Of a stretch of 64,000 bases of DNA, positions 28,688 through 39,537 are shown in pieces. The notes under the pieces were generated by a model. It searched no databases and was not told the DNA's origin. It saw nothing but the letters and a program-made list of their open reading frames with translations. Made by a program: the position numbers and the translations under genes. Origin of the DNA: an uncultured Gammaproteobacteria bacterium (GTDB taxonomy: Bacteria > Pseudomonadota > Gammaproteobacteria > UBA9214); assembly GCA_963748215.1 (NCBI GenBank), contig CAVVHS010000008.1, positions 462,297 through 526,296 of the forward strand, read 5' to 3'. Numbering within the stretch: position 1 is the stretch's first letter; each line of letters starts with the position of its first letter.

Positions 28688-29845
28688 TCAGGCAATTGAC
28701 TCAAGACAACTTGCGATCCGGCGGATGTCAACCGCCCGAACCCGCTCGTGCACCGGCAGCGTCAGCACCCGAGCGGCAAAATTCTGTGCCACGGGAGATA
28801 TTCCGGCAACACCCAGGTACTCCTCGAGCCCCGCAATGCCGGACAAAGCAGCTGGATACATCCTTGACACGCCCAATCCCTCTCTTCTCAAGCGATTGTA
28901 AACCCTGTCCCGAATGACAGGCTCGACTAACAGTGGATAACGCAACAGGGCGTGCGATGCCGGTAGATTACAGACGGCGGGCAGATCAACCACGCTTCCG
29001 GACCGGGTGGCCAGCTCCCCGACCAGGCCGGCAAGGGCGGCTTGAACATGCAGACTGCGTCGCCGGTATGCCTCCGTGTTGGCGGCAAGCAATTCCAGCC
29101 TGGCGTTATCCATGCACCGTATCGATGTCAGCGGATGATACCGGGTCTCGCCCAGATGCAGAAACGGCAACCCGGCTGGCATCCAGTAGACATAGGCAGA
29201 ACTCATGAGGTTGTAGAGTCTGGCCTTGAGGCGCAGTGTCACCCGCGCCAGGGCAGGAGCGGGTGAATCCGGTCTGCATTCCGGCAACAAGCCGCGGAAT
29301 CTGTCGTCCTGGCAGAGGACTGCACCACCACCGAGAAGACTCACCGGCTTGCCGCGACCAAAGCTTATCACCACCAGGTCACCGGTCCAGAATGATGCCA
29401 TACCGTCTGTTGGAAACGCCTGGGCACTGTCCTCGATCAATACCACGGAAGACCGCTCGGCAATGGTCTTGATCGCCGGCATTCGCTCCTGGATACCAAA
29501 CAGGCTGGCGGCAATGATAGCAACGGTTTGCGAACTGACAGACGACGCCAGCAGCTCGAGATCCATCCACGGGCGTTGCGGCTCCAGGTCCACCAGCACC
29601 GGCCTGGCACCTGCATACAACACGGCACTGATCAGGTCGGGGCAACCGTACGCCGGCAGGATAACCTCCGGGGAATCCACCACCTTCAAGCGGATAGCTG
29701 CCATGATGGCAGTCGCCAGTGCAGCGGTTCCCGAGTGATAAAATTCGGCTTCGTAGGGACGAAAGATCTCGGCCGGCGACAGGTCTGTCTGTGCCCCGGT
29801 CGTCAGGCTGATTGTATGTCCGGCAGGGGGCAGCTGGTATAACAT
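28688..29845 (-). CDS. DegT/DnrJ/EryC1/StrS family aminotransferase-like protein
   Basis: SGTAAL, GARPVLVD, IEDSAQ, SFGRGK, LTLPVH. Confidence 0.8.
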   Translation of the reverse strand: MLYQLPPAGHTISLTTGAQTDLSPAEIFRPYEAEFYHSGTAALATAIMAAIRLKVVDSPEVILPAYGCPDLISAVLYAGARPVLVDLEPQRPWMDLELLASSVSSQTVAIIAASLFGIQERMPAIKTIAERSSVVLIEDSAQAFPTDGMASFWTGDLVVISFGRGKPVSLLGGGAVLCQDDRFRGLLPECRPDSPAPALARVTLRLKARLYNLMSSAYVYWMPAGLPFLHLGETRYHPLTSIRCMDNARLELLAANTEAYRRRSLHVQAALAGLVGELATRSGSVVDLPAVCNLPASHALLRYPLLVEPVIRDRVYNRLRREGLGVSRMYPAALSGIAGLEEYLGVAGISPVAQNFAARVLTLPVHERVRAVDIRRIASCLESIA

Positions 29846-30982
29846 CTACCGCCTTGAGGGTGTCCAGGTCGTCATGCGCTTGCCTGCGAGAAAGGACAGT
29901 GCCGCCTGCGCCAGGGCCAGATTGGTCTGCACAAAGAAAAACACGATTCTGACCAGGGTATTTTCCCGCATGGTGGCCGACAACCAGCCTGCCAGTGCCA
30001 GCAAATAAAACACGATTTGCGCGGCCAGAGCCAGCGTATAGATTATGCCCTGCCCGAGCAGCATTACCGTCAAAACGGCGAAGAGCAGCATAAACCAGGG
30101 CACACCCCAGCGCATTATCTTGTGACTCCAGACCTGGAACGCGAACAGCCTCATTTTAAACGGATTGAGAACCTCCGGATGGCGTGCAATCGCGGTAATT
30201 CCCCTGATTACCGTGCGTACCTTCCTGCGATACTCGAGCCCGGGATCCTTGACGTCCTTGTAAATCCCGACCACGTCGGGACAGGTAATGGCCACCATAC
30301 CCTGCTTGGCACAATTGAGTGCGGTGTTGAAGTCACTGGGTGAATTGATATCCCAGTCCGCACAGACATTCCGCCGGGCCGCAAAAAATGAGCCGCTCAG
30401 CCCCACCAGCCCGGCACGTCTGGATTCCAGCCGGCGCAGCCACATTTCATATTTCACATAGGCGCCCTCGCCAACAACGCGCCCGTCGTTACTGATGAAG
30501 CGATCCTCGCTTGAAAGCGCGCCTACTTTTTCATCAGCAAACTGGCGGGCCAGCAGGCTGAGCGCATCAGTCGGGATACGGGTTGCAACATCTGAAAATA
30601 TCAGAATAGCACCACTGGCCTCGCGAATAGCGCACAACTGGGCATATTCCTTGCCCTTGCGTTCGTCTGCTCGAACCAGACGAATCCCCCTGTTTGCGTA
30701 GGCTTCAACAATGCTGTCGGTAGCATCCGTAGAAAAGTCAGAGGCAACGATGACTTCCAGGCTGGCCTGCGGATAGTCTAGCTCAAGCGTATTTTCCAGC
30801 TTTTCCCGGATGCGGTCTTCTTCATTGTGTGCTGTAATGATAAGGCTTACCGTGGGCATTTCGTCGCCCGCCGCATGAGACGCCGGCTGATCCGGCCTCG
30901 GAGAAACAAGTTTCAGGATCAGAGGATATACAAAGTAACTGTACCCGCAAAGGAACAAGGACACATAAAACAGGACTACCAC
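29846..30982 (-). CDS. Family 2 glycosyltransferase (CESA-like)
   Basis: ITAHNEE, SDFSTD, C-terminal TMs. Confidence 0.85.
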   Translation of the reverse strand: MVVLFYVSLFLCGYSYFVYPLILKLVSPRPDQPASHAAGDEMPTVSLIITAHNEEDRIREKLENTLELDYPQASLEVIVASDFSTDATDSIVEAYANRGIRLVRADERKGKEYAQLCAIREASGAILIFSDVATRIPTDALSLLARQFADEKVGALSSEDRFISNDGRVVGEGAYVKYEMWLRRLESRRAGLVGLSGSFFAARRNVCADWDINSPSDFNTALNCAKQGMVAITCPDVVGIYKDVKDPGLEYRRKVRTVIRGITAIARHPEVLNPFKMRLFAFQVWSHKIMRWGVPWFMLLFAVLTVMLLGQGIIYTLALAAQIVFYLLALAGWLSATMRENTLVRIVFFFVQTNLALAQAALSFLAGKRMTTWTPSRR

Positions 30983-31220
30983 TGCCAGATCTCACTCATG
31001 CGAACAGCCTTACTCGTATGTGGCCAGGCCCACGACCGGAATCATACCAAACGATTATCTATTACTGAAAAATGCACGTTTCGACCATAGTGAAAGTATG
31101 CTGGAAATCCAGTGGTAAAAAGATTAGTCTCAACTATGGTGTGCAGTGTAAAATCCCGGGATAAAATCACCAGCATACCTTGCGGTATGTGGTTATGTGC
31201 ATACAGGGTTAATCTACAGA

Positions 31221-32219
31221 ATGCCGCTCTCTTTACCTGATAACCACACACAGGAATTAGGACTTTCGGTAATTGTACCGCTGTACAATGAAGAGGACAG
31301 CGTTACCCTGCTTTACGAAAAGATTGTTGCCGCTGTCCAGCCCCTGGGGCTGAAGTTTGAGATACTGTTTGTCGATGACGGCAGCCGTGACAATACCGTC
31401 GCCGTCGCAACCCGCATTGCAAACCGGGATAAGCGCCTCAGAATTGTAAAATTCAGACGCAACTATGGACAAACACCCGCTATGGCAGCCGGGATCGACC
31501 TTGCACGGGGAAGATACCTGATCACTATGGATGGCGATCTGCAGAATGACCCGGATGACATACCTACGTTCCTGGAAAAACTCGACGAAGGGTACGATAT
31601 TGTGGTTGGCTGGCGCCACAAGCGGCAGGACAAACTGATCACCAGAAAAATCCCGTCGCGCATTGCAAACTGGCTAATCGGGACAATCACAGGCGTGCCG
31701 ATCAAGGACAACGGCTGCTCGCTGAAGGGCTACAAGGCCAACGTGATCCAGAATATTCCACTGTACTCCGAAATGCACCGGTTCATACCTGCAATGACGT
31801 CGCTTGCCGGTACCCGGATTGCAGAAATCAAGGTTAAACACCATGCTCGGCAGTTCGGCGTATCGAAATACGGGTTATCCAGAATTTACAAAGTGTTGCT
31901 GGATCTTTTATCCATCAAGACGATCCTGACGTCCTTTGCAAGACCACTGAGAATCTTTGCTTTGTTTGCCAGTGTGTTTGCGCTGGTCGGCCTGGGCTTC
32001 CTGGTCGCAGGATTGATTGAGCATACCGCAAGCGCAGGCATCATCTTCTTCAGCGTTGGCATCCTCTATACGACGCTGGCTCTTGTGTTACTGATGTGGG
32101 GTGTGCTTGGCGAGCTCGTGTACAGAACAGGGAACCTGAAACTCGAACACTTTGCACACATTACCAGCACCCTGAAAAACCAGACATTAGGGAAACCAAG
32201 TGGAAACAAAATCATCTGA
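31221..32219 (+). CDS. ArnC/GtrB-like polyprenyl-phosphate glycosyltransferase (GT2)
   Basis: VPLYNEE, VDDGSRD, NYGQ, MDGDLQNDP, two C-terminal TMs. Confidence 0.88.
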   Translation: MPLSLPDNHTQELGLSVIVPLYNEEDSVTLLYEKIVAAVQPLGLKFEILFVDDGSRDNTVAVATRIANRDKRLRIVKFRRNYGQTPAMAAGIDLARGRYLITMDGDLQNDPDDIPTFLEKLDEGYDIVVGWRHKRQDKLITRKIPSRIANWLIGTITGVPIKDNGCSLKGYKANVIQNIPLYSEMHRFIPAMTSLAGTRIAEIKVKHHARQFGVSKYGLSRIYKVLLDLLSIKTILTSFARPLRIFALFASVFALVGLGFLVAGLIEHTASAGIIFFSVGILYTTLALVLLMWGVLGELVYRTGNLKLEHFAHITSTLKNQTLGKPSGNKII

Positions 32220-33147
32220 CAATATACAGCTCTCTGTCATCATACCTATTACAGAACGGTATGACCCGGTCAAGGAACTGTTCCAGGAGTATAAGAAGGG
32301 TGTCGAAGCAACCGGGATGAGCCACGAATACATCTATGTTCTGGATGGCGCACACCCCGAGGCCCTGGAAGCGCTCAACCAGATACGCGAGCAAGAGCCA
32401 GTTACCATTATCACCCTGGCCAAGTGGTTCGGAGAAGCCACCGCCCTGAATGCCGGCTTCAGTGAAGCATCGGGCGAGCTCATACTCACACTGCCTGCAT
32501 ATCAACAAGTTGATGGTGATGCTATACCGGCACTGGTTGCAGCGCTCCAGGATAATGACATGGTACTTGCCAACAGGTCGCCAAGAAAAGATTCCGGCTT
32601 CAATCGCCTGCAGTCAAGACTGTTTAACTCCTTGTTACGCTCCTTCACAGACCTTGAAATCCACGACGTAGGTTGCAGCGCACGCATATTCAGGAAGAGG
32701 GTCATCGAAGAGGTCCAGATATACGAAGACCTGTTCCGCTTTTTCCCGATTGTTGCCCACAGACAAGGGTTTCGTGTGGTGGAGATGAATACGCCCCAGA
32801 GTCAGCATGATGTCTTCAGACGCATATACTCGCCTGGCCTGTATATCCGCAGACTGCTGGACCTGTTTACGATCTTTTTTCTTGTCAAATTTACCAAGAA
32901 ACCACTTCGATTCTTCGGACTCGTCGGCACATCCTTACTTAGCCTGGGATTCCTTGCGACAGTTTATCTCATCATAGAACGGCTTTTCTTTGATGTAGCA
33001 CTGTCCGATCGCCCGCTGCTCTTTTTGAGTTCACTACTGATCGTATTGGGTGTACAGGTTATTGCCATCGGCTTGATTGGCGAGATCGTTATCTTTACGC
33101 ATGCAAAAGATATGAAGGAATACAAAATAGATCGCATTATCAACTGA
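32200..33147 (+). CDS. ArnC/GtrB-like GT2 paralog with degenerate acidic motifs
   Basis: Same architecture, but VLDGA and LPAYQQ replace VDDGS and MDGDLQ. Confidence 0.78.
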   Translation: METKSSDNIQLSVIIPITERYDPVKELFQEYKKGVEATGMSHEYIYVLDGAHPEALEALNQIREQEPVTIITLAKWFGEATALNAGFSEASGELILTLPAYQQVDGDAIPALVAALQDNDMVLANRSPRKDSGFNRLQSRLFNSLLRSFTDLEIHDVGCSARIFRKRVIEEVQIYEDLFRFFPIVAHRQGFRVVEMNTPQSQHDVFRRIYSPGLYIRRLLDLFTIFFLVKFTKKPLRFFGLVGTSLLSLGFLATVYLIIERLFFDVALSDRPLLFLSSLLIVLGVQVIAIGLIGEIVIFTHAKDMKEYKIDRIIN

Positions 33148-33206
33148 CTTGATTATGATTATTCCCGTACTGGAGTGATTTTTTGTAGAATTATGATTTC
33201 TGGCTG

Positions 33207-34136
33207 TCATTCACCTGTATCGCTACGATGGCTGTCCACCAGGTAGACAAGCCCGCATATCAGACTCAGCGGGAACACCAGTATCCGTAGCATGAATGCA
33301 ACGATTACTGACTGATTAAAGTCCATTCCAAGTTGTGCAGCGACCACTACAAACGCGCCCTCTACCACCCCTATCCCATTAATTGAGATCGGTATAATCC
33401 CTGCAAGCCCGACTACAGCGCCTATGAGTGCGTACCTGGCGTAATCACCATCTGCGCCCAGCGCATTAAACAACACACCAATTGCGGCAATCGCCAGCAA
33501 CTGAAAGATCAGTGACACTACAAATATTTTTACCAGTGTTCTGGGACTACTCCTGACAAGGTTGAAATTATGCGTCAGAATCTCTAGCTTCTCGATTCTA
33601 TTGATGCGATCCAATAACCCGGAAAATATACGCAGCCTGAAGATCATCAGGAACGCAACGAGGGCAACGCCCCCTGCCAGACACGACAGGACGTAGAATT
33701 GCACAATCGAAATCTGCTCGTCTTTCAGTATGACAACAGCACCCACGAATCCGAGCAGCAACAACGCAAAAAGCCCGATTATCCGCTCCAGCAATATGGC
33801 TGATACTGCCCGAGACCTGAAACCTTCTTTAGGCATTGTTTTGATAACACGATAGGCATCACCGCCAATAGATGTAGGAAGAAAATTATTAAAGAAAAAT
33901 CCTATGCATAAAACTTTCTGCAAAAACCCGAAACGATAATCAAGATGATGAATGAGTAGCGACATCTGCCACTTGTGTGTGCTGATAGGGAACTGCAGCG
34001 TAAAAATGGTCAGCGCAATAATAATCGATACCGTGCTTAATGATTCAAGATGTCCGACGAGCTTTACCCATTCCACGTTGTACAGGAGAATCCCTATAAG
34101 CAATAGACTTACCGCGATTTTTACGTATTTCAGCAT
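33207..34136 (-). CDS. LPG-synthase TM / UPF0104 flippase-like membrane protein
   Basis: FFNNFLPTSIGGDAYR, IPISINGIGVVE. Confidence 0.85.
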   Translation of the reverse strand: MLKYVKIAVSLLLIGILLYNVEWVKLVGHLESLSTVSIIIALTIFTLQFPISTHKWQMSLLIHHLDYRFGFLQKVLCIGFFFNNFLPTSIGGDAYRVIKTMPKEGFRSRAVSAILLERIIGLFALLLLGFVGAVVILKDEQISIVQFYVLSCLAGGVALVAFLMIFRLRIFSGLLDRINRIEKLEILTHNFNLVRSSPRTLVKIFVVSLIFQLLAIAAIGVLFNALGADGDYARYALIGAVVGLAGIIPISINGIGVVEGAFVVVAAQLGMDFNQSVIVAFMLRILVFPLSLICGLVYLVDSHRSDTGE

Positions 34137-34343
34137 ACTTGTAGAACCATATTATCCACCAGTTACCGCCTTATGACGGCATGAAGAAATTTCACGTCAG
34201 GCCCAGGATCTTTTCTCCACTCACGCTGCCAGGGGTTTCGGTTGTTGAATCGAATCGCCTTGTGTCGTTTGTTACAGCAATGGCTCGGGACTCATTGCGT
34301 CCAGTGACGCCAAGCAGCCTGATAGCGTTGCACTCCAGGTGGG

Positions 34344-36287
34344 CTAATTTTTCGGGGGCAAGCCACTGTTTATTACATCATATAAAGACTGCCTGCTTTG
34401 TCCTTTCACATGCATTCGATACCAGACCTCACTGTTCAGCAATAGCCATAAACGATTACCGTTATCTTTCTTCCCTGACAAATGCTGCAACAGCAGGGAA
34501 TTGATTGCAGACTGATTTATGTAATCATCTTCTGCAAGCTGTGCCTGTTTGAGAAAAACATTGAATAATATTTTGTACTCGTCTGATAGCATATAGGGCA
34601 AAGCCGAGGAGAACCCCTGCTTCGGTCGATCGAGTACACTTTTTGGCAGGTAGCGGCTTAACAGGCGTTGTTGTATATATCTTAATGATCGTCCGCGCAC
34701 TTTCATATTGACTGGCAGTTTAGCCGCAAACTCGGCAACCTTGTGATCCATTAAAGGACTTCTGACCTCAAGTGAATTGGCCATGGTCATGCGATCAGAG
34801 ATCATAACAGGGTGATCAGGAAGCCGAATAAAACTGTCCGCATTCAGCATTCTGTCTACTGAATCCGAAGCCTTTGCAGTTTCGTAGGACTCCCAAATCG
34901 CGGCTTCCGGCTCATATCCCTCGACCGAACGCAGCATCCTTTCGCCATACAGCTTTCCACGCCAGTCAGGACCAAAGTAAAAGTAACCCAAACTGCGTGA
35001 ATAGCGCCGACTTCCGCTCAGAAATGACATCGAATGCAGCCATTTCAACTGATGGGCCTTGCTCTTGTACCAACCCCCGTCTGGAACAAGATTGAGCATA
35101 CTCCCTATTCCATATCGCCTTATAAACCCGGGTATCCTTGCATAGTAACCGGCATACCTGTGCCCGTAGTAACGGTCATAGCCTCCGAATAATTCATCCC
35201 CACCATCGCCACCCAGGGCCACCTTGACATGTTCTCGGGCCATTTTCGCTATTAAAAAAGTACATATAGAAAGTGGATCAGATGGCTCATCAAGGTGCCA
35301 GACCAGATCAGGCAATGTATCAAGCAGTGAAGGCGTTACTATCTGCTCATGATGCCGGGTGCCGTATTGTTCAGCGACCAGGCGCGCGGCCGGCGCTTCA
35401 TTGTACTTGCCGTATGGCAACCCAATCGTAAACGTATCAATGGGGTCCCTGGTCACGTGCTTCATCAGCATTGCAACGACCAGAGTCGAATCCATGCCGC
35501 CACTCAGGAACGCACCGATGGGTACATCACTGACAATATGCAGCTTGAGCGCTTCAATCAGCTGCTCTTCCAGCTGATCGATCAGTTCTTCCTCTGAACC
35601 AGCCAGTTTCGGCTCAAAATACAAGTCCCAGTACCGGTCAATCTTTAACCCGGCCCTGGTTGAAAATACCAGTTTATGTGCAGGCGGGAGTTTCTTTATG
35701 TTACGAAACATGCTCTTTGGTGGAGCAATAATGCGTAATGACAAATATTGATCGAGTGCCTCCGGATCCATTTCTGACAAAGCGGGATTGAGCGCCAGAA
35801 GGGCCTTTATTTCCGAGGCAAAGAAGAACTCGTTGTCGTTATTTACATAGTAAAATGGTTTCTGGCCAAGCCTGTCACGGGCAGCAAATAACTGCTGCTT
35901 TGCTTCATCCCAAATGGCGAAGGAAAACATACCGCGCAATTCCTCAACACATCCCTCACCCCTCTCTTCATAGAGATGGAGAATCACCTCGGAATCGCTA
36001 TGGGTAGAAAAATGATGCCCCCGCTTGACCAGTTTCTCGCGCAGCTCCTGGTAGTTATAGATCTCACCATTACATATGAGCCACAAAGACTTGTCTTCAT
36101 TCGCTATAGGCTGATGACCTCCCTGCAGATCAATAATGGACAGTCTTCGCTGCCCGAGTGCAGCATTTTTCCCGAAATAAGTCCCTTCATCATCCGGACC
36201 ACGCAGCCTCAGCGCTTCCAGCATACGTCCCATTGCATGTCTATCGCGCGCCTGCTTTTCTCCGACAATACCGGCAATCCCACACAT
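34344..36287 (-). CDS. asnB: Asparagine synthase-like glutamine amidotransferase (polysaccharide-associated)
   Basis: MCGIAG, RRLSIID, NGEIYN, FLSGGMDS, GDGGDELFGGY. Confidence 0.92.
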   Translation of the reverse strand: MCGIAGIVGEKQARDRHAMGRMLEALRLRGPDDEGTYFGKNAALGQRRLSIIDLQGGHQPIANEDKSLWLICNGEIYNYQELREKLVKRGHHFSTHSDSEVILHLYEERGEGCVEELRGMFSFAIWDEAKQQLFAARDRLGQKPFYYVNNDNEFFFASEIKALLALNPALSEMDPEALDQYLSLRIIAPPKSMFRNIKKLPPAHKLVFSTRAGLKIDRYWDLYFEPKLAGSEEELIDQLEEQLIEALKLHIVSDVPIGAFLSGGMDSTLVVAMLMKHVTRDPIDTFTIGLPYGKYNEAPAARLVAEQYGTRHHEQIVTPSLLDTLPDLVWHLDEPSDPLSICTFLIAKMAREHVKVALGGDGGDELFGGYDRYYGHRYAGYYARIPGFIRRYGIGSMLNLVPDGGWYKSKAHQLKWLHSMSFLSGSRRYSRSLGYFYFGPDWRGKLYGERMLRSVEGYEPEAAIWESYETAKASDSVDRMLNADSFIRLPDHPVMISDRMTMANSLEVRSPLMDHKVAEFAAKLPVNMKVRGRSLRYIQQRLLSRYLPKSVLDRPKQGFSSALPYMLSDEYKILFNVFLKQAQLAEDDYINQSAINSLLLQHLSGKKDNGNRLWLLLNSEVWYRMHVKGQSRQSLYDVINSGLPPKN

Positions 36288-36322
36288 CTAAAATACTCCG
36301 GTCTGTAATAACAACCTGGATT

Positions 36323-37486
36323 TCATTTCTGCGCGCGCTGTTCGATAACCCGTTCGAATACTTCCAGATATCTATCCGCGCAACGATCAATATAGTAGTC
36401 TTCCACCGCACGAAGATTATTTTCAGCGAACTTATGGCGCTGATCTGGATCACCGATAAGCGTCGCGCATGCCCCAAGAAACGCTTCCTCATTATTCAGC
36501 GGTATTACATAGCCGTTGGCACCCGAGCTGAGAAAGTCTGTCTGACCACCATAGTCGTAACAGATCACGGGCAGGTTTGACGCCATTGCCTCCAGATATA
36601 CGATACCGAAACCCTCATGCTGACTGGTTGAAACATAGATGTCGGCCATCCGCAGTAATTCAAATTTTTCCTGCTCATCTATCTGCCCAAGAAAGCGTAT
36701 CTGCCCGGAGATACCGAGCTCCTGCGCAATACTTTTCAATGATGCATCCTGCGGGCCCGACCCGATAACGAGTAGATGTACACGACTGTTATCCAGTCTG
36801 TCGACGATCCTGATTAACTGATCTACTGCCTTACGTGAAACCAGACGGCCCACCGTTATAAGAACGATATCCCCATCCGATAAATTGTATTTAGTACGTT
36901 GGGCTACTGACTGGCTTGTTGGCCGCACAATTCCCAGGGGGATACACTCACAGCTGAGTTCCGGATCGTAATAATCATGCACATTCTTGATCGTATTACT
37001 GGATTGCCCTACTACAGCATCGGCTTTTCTGAGCAAGCTGCGAACAGCAGAGCGCAGTATCATATGCCGGTGAGGTGATGCCCATTTACTGGGGTCGTAC
37101 AGGTCGCCGCCATGCACGGAGAGAACATTTGGCGTATGTGACCGGCTTGCGAGCCAGTTGCCCAGAGGTCCGGTAGGAACAACAAAATGCGTATTTATAA
37201 CATCGTAGGAATGTTCTCGCAGGAGGCGCCTGCCTTTTAAATACCCGCTCGGCAGATACGCCAGCATGGACGGCATATTGGCTGCCGCCTGGCGACTGCG
37301 AAAAAAAACAGGAACACGGTAAACAGTAACACCATTTTCAACTGTTTGAGACGGCAACTCCAGTCCTTTTGATGTAAGCACATCAACAGTGTGTTCCCGC
37401 GCGAGCTCTTCTGCAATCTGTTTGTTGATTACTCCACCGCCGCCACCAAGAGGCGGGTATTCATAATTACAAAATAATATGCGCAT
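36323..37486 (-). CDS. Family 4 glycosyltransferase
   Basis: EYPPLGGGG, VGRL..RK, EGFGIVYLEAM. Confidence 0.9.
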   Translation of the reverse strand: MRILFCNYEYPPLGGGGGVINKQIAEELAREHTVDVLTSKGLELPSQTVENGVTVYRVPVFFRSRQAAANMPSMLAYLPSGYLKGRRLLREHSYDVINTHFVVPTGPLGNWLASRSHTPNVLSVHGGDLYDPSKWASPHRHMILRSAVRSLLRKADAVVGQSSNTIKNVHDYYDPELSCECIPLGIVRPTSQSVAQRTKYNLSDGDIVLITVGRLVSRKAVDQLIRIVDRLDNSRVHLLVIGSGPQDASLKSIAQELGISGQIRFLGQIDEQEKFELLRMADIYVSTSQHEGFGIVYLEAMASNLPVICYDYGGQTDFLSSGANGYVIPLNNEEAFLGACATLIGDPDQRHKFAENNLRAVEDYYIDRCADRYLEVFERVIEQRAQK

Positions 37487-37772
37487 TGAACCTTGCCTGG
37501 ATGACTATTCTTCGTTGGATAAACCGGCATACGCCTGCATGAAGCTGTTATCTGCCCCCGTTACAGGGCCAGCGTAATATATACTAATTGTAGTATGATA
37601 GGCGGGGCATCATTACTGCCCGCGACATAGTCTTGATACTTCATTTGCAAAACAGAATTCTAGCGAATATCAGTACTCCGCCCTAGATTAATCAGTATAT
37701 TTCTTCGAAAATAATTAACAAATTCGATAAACTTAACTCAGTCTGAACAACCTGAGATTTGGAGAAGTTGCA

Positions 37773-38504
37773 ATGGGACAAAACCGCAAACTAACGGCGA
37801 AAATGGAACCGTTTGACTCCTTCTGGGAGGGACCCGAAAATATCGAGAAAGGTTATACAACTCTATATAAGTTTTATAAATACAACTACTTAAAGTACAT
37901 CCCGGAAGACAGGAACTCCAATATACTCGTTATCAGCTGCGGACCGGGTTATTTTGTCGACATGCTGAACCGCAATGGCTACACCAATGTTCTCGGCATT
38001 GACTCTTTCCCCGAGAAAGTGAAGCACGCTCAAAATCGCCAGCTCAATTGTCGGACTGCTGAAGCCTTTGATCATCTCGACAACGCCAGCGAAAGCTATG
38101 ATGTAATTTTTTGTGAACAGGAACTCAATCATCTCACGAAAGACGAGATCATCGAATTTCTTGCCCTGGCATGGAACAGAATGAAGCCTGGCGGGAAACT
38201 GATTGTACATGCATTAAACGGAGCGAATCCTATTACCGGCTCGGAGGCACTGGCACAAAATTTCGACCACTATAATACCTTCACAGAGTATACGTTTCGA
38301 CAGGTTCTTGAATACTCAAAGTTTGAGGATATCAAGGTAATTCCGTTACACCTTTATGTATTCTGGAACAACCCGCTTAATTACCTGCTCATAGCAGCCT
38401 CAGCACTGTACACACTGTTCTTCCGTGCAAGCTTCATCATGTATGGCAAGACCAACAAAATATTTACAAAAAAAATAGGTGCGGCTTGTGTAAAACCACT
38501 TTAA
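37773..38504 (+). CDS. Class I SAM-dependent methyltransferase
   Basis: ILVISCGPG motif I variant, YDVI, MKPGGKL. Confidence 0.78.
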   Translation: MGQNRKLTAKMEPFDSFWEGPENIEKGYTTLYKFYKYNYLKYIPEDRNSNILVISCGPGYFVDMLNRNGYTNVLGIDSFPEKVKHAQNRQLNCRTAEAFDHLDNASESYDVIFCEQELNHLTKDEIIEFLALAWNRMKPGGKLIVHALNGANPITGSEALAQNFDHYNTFTEYTFRQVLEYSKFEDIKVIPLHLYVFWNNPLNYLLIAASALYTLFFRASFIMYGKTNKIFTKKIGAACVKPL

Positions 38505-38527
38505 TGTGGCAGAGAAGGCCTGCCCGG

Positions 38528-39517
38528 TCAAAGCAGACTCTGCTCCCTGTACCAGTTTGCCGTTATACGGCAGCCTTCCCTGAAGCTGGTCTTGGCCTTG
38601 AAATCCAGCAATTTGGCCGACTTGTCAGGCGAGAAATACAATGTCTTTTTAAAGAAATCCAGTCGGCGCCGATGCAAGGGAGGCTGTATTCCCAATGGTC
38701 GTAGCGTTTTTTCCATTATGACTGCGAGCAAATAAAATGGCCACATTGGTGCTCTGAACTTCAGCCTGTCGACCTGTAATACACTGGCTACGGACTCAAC
38801 CATATCGTTGGTTGTCAGCACCTCGCTGCCTGCAATTACAAACACCTCTCCCAGCGCCTCATCTTTCACTGCTGCTGCAAAAAAACCATCGATCAGGTCA
38901 TCCACAAACACCAGCTGATGTTTATTCTCCCCGTTACCGATCACAAAAAAAGTTCTATTGTTAATTCCTTTAAATAATTTCAGTAACCGTCGATCACCCG
39001 GTCCATAAGTTTCCGAGATACGGATTGCGGATACCGGCAGTTTTTCCTTGTAGGAAAGAACCAGCTCTTCACCTGCTTTTTTTGTTATGCCATAGATATT
39101 GTCAGGCTTTAACGGAGACTGCTCGCTAATCTCCCCCTGCATCTCGACACCATAAACACCAATCGTGCTGCCATGCACGAAACGACCTACACCTGCCACC
39201 AGACTTGCCTCCAGCAAGTTTCTGGTTCCTTCGACATTTACATCCCAGAAATGTTTGTCAGGCACATTCACTTCATGTTGAGCGGCAGCAAGATGGAAAA
39301 CGAGATCGCAGCCGGTAACGGCTTGCCGCACCTTGTCAGCATCATCAACGCCACCAACAATGAAAGTGAATCCACGCGACTCCAGATCATCCGCATTCTT
39401 CTTCTCTGCCGGCGTATTGATCTGCGACAAAATAACAACATCGTCACCACGCTCCTTGCACCTATAGGCAAGTCTGGAGCCAATAAAACCTGTACCTCCT
39501 GTTATTAACACTTTCAT
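38528..39517 (-). CDS. NAD-dependent epimerase/dehydratase
   Basis: TGGTGFIG, YGITK. Confidence 0.9.
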   Translation of the reverse strand: MKVLITGGTGFIGSRLAYRCKERGDDVVILSQINTPAEKKNADDLESRGFTFIVGGVDDADKVRQAVTGCDLVFHLAAAQHEVNVPDKHFWDVNVEGTRNLLEASLVAGVGRFVHGSTIGVYGVEMQGEISEQSPLKPDNIYGITKKAGEELVLSYKEKLPVSAIRISETYGPGDRRLLKLFKGINNRTFFVIGNGENKHQLVFVDDLIDGFFAAAVKDEALGEVFVIAGSEVLTTNDMVESVASVLQVDRLKFRAPMWPFYLLAVIMEKTLRPLGIQPPLHRRRLDFFKKTLYFSPDKSAKLLDFKAKTSFREGCRITANWYREQSLL

Positions 39518-39537
39518 ATTACTTATTTTTCAATCAG

